Part shown: positions 36,501 through 47,271 of the stretch, piece after piece | Numbering within the stretch: position 1 is the first letter of the stretch | How the letters are laid out: each line of letters opens with the position of its first letter | Assembly (NCBI RefSeq): GCF_964355755.1 | Contig: NC_092675.1 | Location: 23,780,912-23,844,911 of the forward strand | DNA from: Antedon mediterranea | Lineage: Eukaryota > Animalia > Echinodermata | Direction of reading: 5' to 3' | Length of the DNA stretch: 64,000 nt | Translations under genes and position numbers: made by a program | Notes under the pieces: model-generated | Told to the model about the DNA's origin: nothing | What the model saw: only the letters and a program-made list of their open reading frames with translations | The model's database searches: none

Positions 36501-37930
36501 TGTGGAGACAAATGAGGGCTGCTGGTGTCTTTGTTGATACCGCCCGCCTCACGTTCTGTGTTGCTGGAACCTCCGCCATGTGAACATTTACCTGTTAGTG
36601 AAGACACACACATTTATATATTATATTAATTATTGATTTTACGAAGATAGTAGTAAAAAATACAATGTTAAGGAAATGGATGATGATAATTTAGAAAAAG
36701 AAAAAACAGAGAACGACGGATAGAAAATAAGCGATAGACAAACGAAAATAGAAGACAAGATAAACACGAAGGAAAAAAGAAGACAATAGACATAGATAGG
36801 AGGAAGAATAATTGAAGATAAAATACCGAAAATAAACATGTTTAGGCCTACAAATTACGTTTGGAAAGTTACTCCTTGATTTTTAAACAACCACCGAAGA
36901 TTAGTTAGTAGGATCGGGTGATGATGGGATAGGTGTTCCTTTTCCATTTTTGGCACAATTCACTAGCGTGCTTATTACTATCACATTTATCTCCACAAAG
37001 CACATGCCGTGCTAGGCTAATTTTAGAAATACACTGGCCCGAGTTGGCAGACAGGTTTATTTCAATGAGCAGCATTGTATTCCAAATATTTAACATAATC
37101 AATAATCAATAATCTTTCAGTAAATATGAACATATGAATATACACTGCATAATATGTGTGCAAATAAGTAAATAACACAAACCTATTCCTGGAGGTTTAT
37201 GGATGGGTCTTCCCTGACTGTTCACCTGTCCCTCACTGTATCCACTTGTAAGGATGTTGTTTATTTTGATGTAATTAAGAACATTGTTTTTACATGTTTT
37301 ACTCTTACTACCACAATCAATACACGTTGGTAAAGTAGGATCAGCGAGTTTACCTAAATTACCCCCGGAAACACCTAAGTGCGGGTTCAAATCATCAGTT
37401 TGTCCAATTTCGATCCAATTTGAATGACTGTAGAAGTCTTGTAGAGTGTGCAAGAGTTGGCCACACTGACCACGAGCTGCTTCAAAGTGGCCGTCAATAA
37501 TTGACGATACGACTGCTTGCCGAAGTGACAACAGTCGTTGGTTACCAGAGACAAATTGTTCAGCATCAAAATGTGCCGCAGCCAGATGGGAAACTGTTAG
37601 ATCTAAGTCTACATTTGCATTGGCTGTGGTTAGTTCTTTGATCGCTTCCTCAAATTTCCTTGGTGATGCATTGTTGCCGTAATATGCTATGAATAAGTCA
37701 GTTGCACTGTTATAAGGGGACCTACTAGAAAGTGGCTTGACACGCTGTGAGGGACGTGGGTGCTTTAAAAAGTAGTCTGTTGCTACATCTAATATTGCTC
37801 TTTCTGTAATTTCAACGTGTGTGAACGTGTACTTAGACGAAAATTGTAGCCATTCGTTCGGTATGAACGCATTGGAGACGAAAATTAACACATTGAACCA
37901 GATCAATGACGTCACGTAAAATATTTCCAT
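30562..37930 (-). CDS. VWA7/G7c-like type I membrane protein, copy 2 (~991 aa, short cytoplasmic tail)
   Basis: 9 exons in the same phases as copy 1: 37930-37183, 36591-36232, 35969-35740, 35320-35117, 34654-34513, 33171-32929, 32448-32037, 31811-31649, 31035-30562 (2976 nt). FIPNEW, AHFDAE, HTLQDFYSHSNWIE, GKCSHGG, GGINKD, MIDAS DISGS, GGDCPE, FTDA, TM YILIACIGLAIVGLLILVVICIIC. Confidence 0.9.
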
Positions 37931-38264
37931 TTCTGGAGCTACAAAAAAAGCATGCTAATTAATTATTTGACTTTTTACTTAACATTTAATTTTTTAAGCA
38001 TAAATAATATATTATTTACCTGTTGGCCTATATACAGTATTATCAAAAATGCTGATACAATTGGCGAAAATTACCAACATGCAGAAAACGTTATGATAGG
38101 AAAGTTGGAGTTTCTTAAAAAGTGTCGCACATTCAGATAACGACGACGTACGGTAATGCTTATTTCTATTTATTTAGAGTTAACATAAAACTGTACCAAT
38201 GATAATTTTTTAGCATGCGCAGAACATTTTCCATCGACAAATAATAAAATCTGAACTCAAAGTT

Positions 38265-40008
38265 AACAAAACGTATGCACACGGTCGGGCGAATTTTTCA
38301 TTCTTGATTCTTGGAACATAAGGAATAACAGAAACTTAAATTACTAATTACTATTACACCATTATGCTAGACATAATATTTGAAAGTTCCTTTTTACTTC
38401 AATGACTGTCAATTAAACAACATAGGCCCAGGCTTTTAGTTAATGAATATGAAGGACGTTCAATTATGTATTTCCATGATCCTTTGTTGCTTGCGTAGTG
38501 TTAGTTTGATTTGATTGAAAAAGCATTGTTTAAATGTATGTGAATCAGCCAATGTGTAATATGACTCACTAAAAATAATATGGTGGAAAAAGAAGTTTCT
38601 CATTTTATTTCTTTTTGTTCTAATACTCTGGTTTCAAATGTTATGCAAGATATTTGTAGGGCTTAGGGTCTACTTCTGTAGGCTAAAGAAGGATGATGAC
38701 CGAACATGTTTATAAAATAGCTCTATTAACACAAAATAAATGTATCCTTGCAATTAGTATAAAGGTTCATCTGGATCTATGTATAGTATTCAAATCATTT
38801 TTTTCTTTTGGATCATCCAAAAAAAAAATTATTTGAATAGTATCCTTGCAATGTGATTGGTTAAAATAACATTACGTGTCGTTTCTATTGATAAACGGTA
38901 ACGGTTCTATTGAATGGTTCTATTACATGAAAGCTTTTTAAAAACGCGAGGGTTGTGCCAGGCCTGCTGTATTTAAAATTGAATAAAGGTTTAGACTGCA
39001 TGTTTTACAAAAAAACAGTCAAACTACTTCATGAACATTTTACAGGACTAATTCTTAATTAGGTTACGGTATTTAACACAGTAACTAGTTTTGGCTTTTT
39101 TGTTTTGTATTTTATTTTTCTTAGTACATTTTGACTCAGGATATTTCAAATAGCGATGTTAGTTGAGGCTTGGGATTGTTACAACTGCTGACTCATGTTG
39201 CTAAACAATATATGGTGCCTTTAACAAACAAAAAGAATGTTAAGAAGTAAATACTTTGTATTAATGGTATGATACTAAAGAAAAAACAGAAAATAATGAA
39301 AAAATGTAGAAAATGTTTAGAAATTATGTAATGAAACATTGGGTGGTGAACCACAAAAGAAAAAAATATATGGCGTCTTTTTAAAAGTAAGAGGCACAAT
39401 TAAGAAATAAATATTGTTTTATAATTATAAAAAACATTGTTAACATAAGCTAGGCCTTCCTTAAAATGTAGTTTGCTTGTTGTCACTTTCACTTAATAGC
39501 CATTTCGTAAAGAAGCGAAACTAAATTTGCTGATTGTATTCGTTTTATACTAACCCTGACTCCAACACATTTACGACACCCAAGTATGATGGTGCCAAAC
39601 ATACGCCTACCTGATATGATACATTAAAATATTCTTATACGTCACAATTTTCATAATGAAGTTTACGTACCGTAGGCCTATACAAAGAGTTGTCAGTGCT
39701 TGTGAAACTGTGGAAAAAAAGAACGCCCATTGCTTGATTTAGAAGTCATAACTGAACCACTGTACATAAAGTTAACCTATGACAGCATGATAGTCATCAG
39801 CTTAATTTACAGCGTTTCCTGCAATATAGCCTTCTGAGGGATTCTCTTCCTTTAGTCCCCGGAGGCCGGCTCTCAAATAAAAAACTAACTGTTACAGACA
39901 CAATTATTTTATTTAAACATTATTATAAAGGATCAACGAACAACAAAACGTATGCACACGGTCGGGCGAATTTTTCATTCTTGATTCTTGGAACATAAGG
40001 AATAACAG
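38265..40008 (+). repeat. 67-bp direct repeat pair (38265-38331 and 39942-40008)
   Basis: aacaaaacgtatgcacacggtcgggcgaatttttcattcttgattcttggaacataaggaataacag twice, apparently identical. Confidence 0.92.
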
Positions 40009-40135
40009 TATAAGCCCTTCATCGATGAGTCAGAGTTTCCAACCGTTGACTTCGGCTATTGGACATTATTTTATTGAGTTAAGTTCCTAATAATGATTGA
40101 GTTGAGTTGAGTCTTTCTTTGGAGAACTTTATTAA

Positions 40136-40684
40136 AGATGTATTGTCCCTTTGTCAAATTCCAAAAAAATAAATATTAGAAGATTTCGAAAAAAAATGGG
40201 TAATTTTGAAATTTCATAATAGTTATTAACTTTCTCCAAAAATTAGTCGGAAAAAAAATAATTTAACTGAAATACAGACGTTTTTTAGTTCAAAAAATAA
40301 CTTTGACTTCCAGTCAAAGTTTTCGATCAAAACATATATCTCATAATGCAACGCGCTTGTTTGGCTACTCTGTATGCATAATCATAAAACTTCCTCACGA
40401 TCTGTGTGAAAACACCTTCTTAACTGTGACGAGTTGTAAACAATCCTAATTAGCATCATGCATAATGCATACTCTTGGTTTGAAATCTTTGTTTACTTTC
40501 GCTCGTGACGATTTTCCAGATGAAATGTAATCAAACTAATTTACCCGTTAATTACGTAAAATTGTTGTTTTTGGCACGAATTTTCGACTTAAAGTGAATA
40601 ACTTTAATATTACTTTGATATGGCCAATTTAAATTTAGAATATTTTGATTTTCATTTTTTTGTGTTGCAAGGGACAATACATCT
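40136..40684. mobile_element. Kolobok-like MITE (TTAA TSD, AGATGTATTGTCCC TIR)
   Basis: ttaa|agatgtattgtccctt ... aagggacaatacatct|ttaa; same termini as 63438-63796. Confidence 0.85.
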
Positions 40685-41699
40685 TTAAGTAAACGGGTTA
40701 AATTAACTTCAACGAAATCGTAATGATAGGCCTAAACAAATAATAGAAAATACAGATGTGCAAAAAAGAAAAGTCAAATGGTAAAAATAGTATACTTAAA
40801 CTTTTGTTTATGTTTGTCTATTTTCTTTCTTATAAAATCTTTTTTTATTATAAAACAAAACTGTTAAGTGGATTCTAAATTGGTTTTATTATATTATTTC
40901 TTCTTTGAAATCGTAACAAAAATAACAGACAAAAAAATACTGATATGTCCAAAACAGAAACAGTTATATTTATAAATTGTTTTCTGAATGTTTGTCGATT
41001 ATTTGTAATCTTAGTTATATTAAAACAAATAATGAAAAAAAGGTGTGTGCCAAAATAATTGATTGATAAATTACAATAATTAAAATGTTCATCCCTTAAG
41101 TAGGCCTAACATTCGGCTACATTAGACCTATAGGGCCTAATCATAGTTAGCAGTTGAGGATCCAGAAAGGGATCGTGTGTCGTGTGACGACAGGGCCTAA
41201 CAATTGTAAGATGGAATGTTTAACTAGAGTTAAGTTATAGAGAACTTAACCAAAACATTCAATCGAATAATGACTTAAGATATTTCTCCCCCTTATAAGT
41301 CATACGGGTAGACTCTATTTCAATACAGTACTGGTAGGAGGACTATGATGCCTATATGTTTTCATTACAAAGAATAAATGTTTTATTATGTAGACTTATA
41401 CCATGTGAAATTCTGCGGTTTTATTTGACATCTGTATGTTACATACAGTATGTGATAATGACAATAACAAAAAATCTTATCTTGTTTTATCATTGTAATC
41501 CCGAAATTAAAACTATGAGTTTTATGGAATTATATTTTTAGCAGGCCGACGAAATTATAAAAACAATAAGCCTGAATTCGAGTCAGAATTCGATTAAATG
41601 TTTGAATATAATAATGATTTTTTTTTGGCGTGTGACTTTGACTTAAATTTCTTGACAATACTAAAAATTGATAGGGCGCCATCATGCAGTTGACTTTTC

Positions 41700-43478
41700 A
41701 TTTAATTTGTCGCGAGTCACAAAAAAAAGTACATTATAAAATCAGCTCGACACACGCCGCCACATTGTCAAGTTCAACCGGCCTAGGCTAGGTAGCGCAC
41801 ACGCAACGAACGGCCAAATTGCAGTGAACTCCGAAAATGCTCACCTCCTTGGGCCCACTGTCCCAGGACAAAAAGTGGGCCGATTATAGCAAACAGAAGT
41901 AGGCCTAACCTCGTAAGTAGGCTTTTGTCCTTTTTATTGCTTCATTCACAGACATTTTGCAGGTTAGGTGTGTCCATGATATCAACACAATGGATGCATG
42001 GCTCACACCGGCATTTAATTATTAAAATTACACGGAATTTGGATTTTAATAATATTAATAAAGAAATCCTGTGTGTATAACAATGTCAATAACATGCAGA
42101 GAAACATCCATTCAACCTATCTAGGCTAGCCTAGTCTAGTCATTCAATGTACAGGTTAATACCAGATAGAGGTCTAGCCTAAGTTTAACGTTACATAAAG
42201 GAGTGGAATACAGATCACTCCAGTTGCTGCTAAATATTCCGGCCGCAGTTATGAAGCCTGATAAAAAAGGCTAATAATAATAAGATGATAAGAATCAATC
42301 AATCGCAACTAAGGTTCCCTTTTTTATTATTATTATCATTTTTAATTGATTATATTTATTGATTCATTCATTATTAGTTGTGTGGGTGCAAGGCATTTTT
42401 TCCTTTTTAGACATAAAAGTACAGTTAAATGATTTAATAATTTATAAAATGTAGCTTCCTACAGTGATGATTGAATAGCGACGGAGTACATAACATTGCG
42501 AGATGGTGGCCGGAGTGATTTGCTACCAGGAGTCCAGGATTACATTAATTTTATTAGTAAAATGCTTCTCGGGTTTAACCATGCATACATACAATAGTAA
42601 TACTAACATCGAACAGGGCTAGATGTTAAGAAGACAGATGTAAACAGGAAACTCAGTCTGCCAATTATTTAAGTCACCACTTTATTTAATGCAGTTCAAA
42701 AGTCCAATTTCTAAACAAAATACTGATATTATAGTCCATAAGAGTATTACTATCATAGAGTATTACTCCATGTATTTTACATCTCCCCCTGCTCCATGGA
42801 GCACTGTATACAAATATTGATTTTTCAACCGATTTCAGAAGTGTGAAATAACTAAAGTATCTGATTGAATTTGATTTCTTCCAGTTTATAAAGCAATTAT
42901 TCCATGTTTGACATGGCAGCTAATGAACCAAAGAATTGTGCCCTATTATACGTTTTGTTAGGTTACAACAAACGCAAAACAATGTAAAATTCACTTGGAA
43001 CATTGCAACTGTCATCATGACTTGATGAAACTTGTTGGGCTAGCTTTGGCTTTTGGTAAACCAGAGGTGTAACCAAAATTTACATTTGAATATAGGGTTT
43101 CTAGGGACATATCTTGTTTTAAACACTGTTAAATAAAGCATGTGAATACAGTAATGTAATGGTCTAGGCACAGATCTTGTTTTGAACACCGTTAAATATT
43201 CCTGTATGTTGTAAAGGTTTTACTACTAGGATCTATGAGGTTAGATTGCCCAGCCCATTTTTATTAGGCATTAAAGTGTATGCTGGCCAATTAAACAATT
43301 TGAGGCTTACATGCCTGCTTGTGAGTTAAGTTCATCGGATATTGTTATTGTTCAGTATCTGTATCTAGACAGCCCTGTAAACTCTAATAAACACTATTTT
43401 TTTCTTTCTTTATAGGAAAAAGGTAAATGCAGATGGAAATGACATAACCATCATAATTTAAACATTGTCCAATCAAAG
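41700..43478 (+). promoter_or_regulatory. Probable CpG-rich promoter and non-coding 5' exons of the Kelch gene
   Basis: CpG-rich patch ~41700-41900, donor ctc|gtaagt at 41912, small exon 43416-43478 with strong polypyrimidine-AG and ag|gtaat, acceptor ttttccag at 50879 just before the ATG. Linkage to the Kelch CDS is inferred. Confidence 0.5.
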
Positions 43479-43701
43479 GTAATATATATTTATTTTACTG
43501 TACATTTAAAATAACTAATTTTATGTATTAATTCAAAATATTATTTTATATTTAAATTTTCCAAACATTTGTGTGTATCTTCTATTGTTTTTTTTATCAA
43601 TTTTGTCAACTTTTATTTAAATTTTTTGTTGGATATATTTTTATAATTGGTTGATGACACCTTATACATTTAAACTGCAGTGAATCATACGTGTAGTATA
43701 A

Positions 43702-43879
43702 AGCCTTCTACACTATCAAACTTTATGTGACAACAAAATGTGATGTGCCCATACAGTATATTGACATGATGATGTCATATCACTACCATATTTGAGCATA
43801 ATCACTACCATATTTGAGCATATCACTACCATATTTAGGCATTCACACATTCAAACTGGTTTATAGTGAAGACAGCGCT
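43702..43879 (+). mobile_element. Short MITE family (acactatcaaac TIR core, internal atcactaccatattt repeats), copy 1
   Basis: Homologous to 44329-44492 (inverted) and 62969-63130; three tandem ~20-bp internal units. Confidence 0.8.
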
Positions 43880-44328
43880 TATCTAGTTTTTGGTTCACTG
43901 CAAATTTAGGATCAAGTTTAACTATAGTAGGCAAATTTAGGATTATCTAGTTACTATTGCTACACAATTAACTAGTAAACATGAGCAATTGCTTTTGTTA
44001 ATCAACAATGAAACTTTATCCACAATAGGTTGATTGACATCAGTAATGTCAATCAAATCATAATAATTCTGTCTGAGAAGTTTTATATTCATACCTGATG
44101 TAGGGTGTAACTTTTTCTATATATTATCAATATTATCATTGCTAACTGTAGCCATGTAAAAAATCTCACCTTTATACCAAAAATGCATCTGTATGGCTGA
44201 AGATGCATAGTGGCATCCTAACTAGGAATTACAGTATACTGAAAATAAATGACTGTGTTGAAAATTCGATTGTAAAGTAAAAAGTAAAAAGTTGAGATTT
44301 AACTGGTTAAATTTCCCCATAAATCTTT

Positions 44329-44492
44329 GCTACATACACTATCAAACCATGGAAAGAATATTTCCTCCATGATCAAACTAGTTTGACAAAAAAAATGACG
44401 TGCCCAAATATGGTAGTGATATGACATCATCACGTCCATATGGGCTAATCACATTTTTTTGTCACATAAAGTTTGATAGTGTGGACAGAGCT
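44329..44492 (-). mobile_element. Short MITE family, copy 2
   Basis: tacactatcaaac ... gtttgatagtgtggacagagct; interior is the reverse complement of copy 1. Confidence 0.78.
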
Positions 44493-44887
44493 TAAGCTAT
44501 TTAAAATTACAATGTAAAGGATTGGACAAATTTGATGCAGATGTTGACATCAGTTTTACTAAGTGATTCAGTATTATATACCCTTTGTAGATGGAAAGAC
44601 CTCGGACTGTGAACGCATTATGTACTTTATCCTTTAAATCCTTCATTTTGAAAAGTATCCAGCATGGCTATCCTGTAAAACAAAACTACAGTGCAGTATT
44701 CATCAAAACTGAACCATTTTCCAGTAAAGCGTTTAAAGTTCAATAAATAAATTTGATAAAAACGAAATCTCAAATGTGAACAGGGATTGTGTAGAACTTA
44801 AGACATAATGGTCACTCTGGATTATAACCTACAGTATAGCAGACAGGGATAGATTCCCACTAATGATGCAATTCAATTAAGGATGTA

Positions 44888-45283
44888 AGTTCAGCGCATT
44901 CGTTTTAAAATCCTGTTGCTGACATATAAGGCCATCAACGGATGTGCTCCAGCCTACATATGTGACATATGTGACCTCATTACTCCGTCAACAAACTCTA
45001 CGCTTCGTTCATCCAGCAGACTTCTTCTAAAACCTGGACCCCGTTCCGGTTTTACGGTGATCATGCTTTCGCTGTCGCAGCCCCAAAACTCTGGAACACT
45101 CTACCCCTCGAAATACGCTCATCAAAATCTGTAATCACATTTAAAACTAAACTCAAAACTCATCTCTTCAGAGAAGCATAATCACACGCTACTACTTGCA
45201 CAGATCTTGGAAAACACAGCGCTTTGAAACCTTTGTCTCTTGCGCTTTATAAATGTTATTTATTATTATTATTATTATTATTA
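44888..45283 (+). mobile_element. 3' fragment of an L2/CR1-group LINE with (ATT)n tail
   Basis: Frameshifted translation RIRFKILLLTYKAING-APAYI..LRSSS..GDHAFAVAAPKLWNTLP..FKTKLKTHLF*, typical of the ORF2 C-terminus, then a short 3'UTR and (tta)n. Confidence 0.88.
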
Positions 45284-45344
45284 AGTAAGCTAAACACATG
45301 TAATTTTACAATCACAAGCAATGGATTATTCAAACAGTCGCTTG

Positions 45345-45618
45345 TCATTGGTTACGACCAGTCTAGTGGGAACCTTGTTCATAATCTATAATTAATTAAA
45401 TTATCAATCCTGGACCTAGATTGGAAGCAAGCAAGGTAACACCATCCAAGCTACAGATTCACCCAAACACTGTAAATAAACTTGTAATATTTGCACTGAG
45501 GAAGGGTTAGTGTTTTTAAAACTTTGCAATATTTTTGTGGATGTTTATTTTACTTTGAATATAGTTTTCATAGTTTTTGCTTATTTATTTGTAACTCCAT
45601 TGAGATCCAGCCACTGAG
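45345..45618 (+). mobile_element. Penelope-like terminal fragment with decayed minimal hammerhead (45491-45529)
   Basis: TTGCA-CTGAGGA-stem-AAAA-C-TT-TGCAA; downstream part resembles 1301-1390 on the opposite strand. Left boundary approximate. Confidence 0.45.
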
Positions 45619-46744
45619 ATACCCATATTAATAATTAATATTACTGTCATTTTTTCAGTGTGCCTTTTGATAAACATATTTAATATTTAAATTAATTCTT
45701 TATTTTCATTTCTTTCTGTTAAAAGCTCTAATTGTGTATTATAGATCAGAAAGCAGTGTCTAAAAATAGTAGTAAAATTGTCCTTTTAGTATCCATGGTG
45801 TTTTATTATTAATACTATGCTATATCATAATGACAACAAACTTTCTTAAAATAAAATGTTGATTGAAATTTCAGATCTGCTCGATATAACATTATAATTA
45901 ATTTATACTGGATACATCAATTCAACCAACCTATCACTTACAAACTACTAGGTAGCCTTTGAATTGCATCTAATAAAATGTCAAAATCCAAAATGTTTGG
46001 AAATGACATTTAAACCTGTTTGCAATCAGAAAAGTACAATCTATCTGAAGTACAGTTAATAGGCCTACTACTAAACAAACAACCTATTAATTATGAAATC
46101 TACTGTAAAATTAAATATAGCTAGGGGGATTGCAAAGTCTTATTATATGTAGGTCTTGGAATCTATGCATTCTTTCTATAATATAGTTAGGCCTATGGGA
46201 CTTAATCATTGATACATGAACAAATCCTTTTGTTTGAAAGATATCAGTTGTTTCTGATCTGATATTGATAATGTTATTTAAATGAGTCCAAGGGTAGCCT
46301 ACATTTATATTTTGGTCTTGATGATGTCATGAACAGAAAGAAAGTGCTTGTTCAAATATTGATACCTGTACTGTACTGTATGTTCACAAGTACGGCTGGC
46401 ATAAGCCTTGCTTAACTTAAGCCTCAGCATTGTTAAATCCACTAACAGAATCTACTTAACTAATGCCACAGAGCTAACTCCAGGGATGATTGAATAGCCT
46501 TTATTTCAAATTGGCATACACATTTTATACAATATTTTATATAGTATATTTAATGTGAAAGTAATATTGACTTCTAGAAAATTGATGGAATAGTTCAGTT
46601 GACAATTTAGACAACAATGTCACATCAACAACTCCCTGGTCACATACAGTAAAACGTTAGTGTCTGTAGTGATGCACGTATTTTGCACATGAGGGAGTAT
46701 TATTGTCATCCAGATGTCCTCATCAGAAATTCCTAGGTATCATA

Positions 46745-47271
46745 GGGCCTGTTTCTATTCTATTGAAAAATAAAAAAAGAATGTTTTTTTTGGTAACCAA
46801 TTTCGGCAGTTGTTTTTGATAATAAAGATCGCGTTGCAGCTTAATTTTTACTCCAATAAAACCGGTTCTGTTTCATGTGCGTTCGTTATGAATGACATCA
46901 TTATATACCACGGTTCATTAGGCGGAAGCGCAATTGGATCGAGGTCATGTTTACTTTTTTTCGCATAGCGATCCCCAATAATTGCATCCATTTTGTCATA
47001 GAGAAGGAGCAGGTAATCCTGTCATTATTACCTGAAACGCTATTGTGGTTCTTGGTTAAAGTATAGTTACGTCACACCCTCATAAATTGTCAAGTTGAAC
47101 TCGTATTTCAAAAAGGTTCATTGCGATCGAGACCGGAATTAATTGGGGTTTTTGAAACCGTTTTTAAGATCGGTTCTTTTTGATAGAAACCCATTTCTGG
47201 TGGCAAGAAAAAAACGTTCTTGAAAAGAACGGTATTCAAAACTGTATTTTCTGCTCAATATAGACAGGCCC
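46745..47271. mobile_element. PIF/Harbinger-like MITE (3-bp TSD ATA)
   Basis: ata|gggcctgtttctatt ... aatatagacaggccc|ata; CpG-richer interior. Confidence 0.75.
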
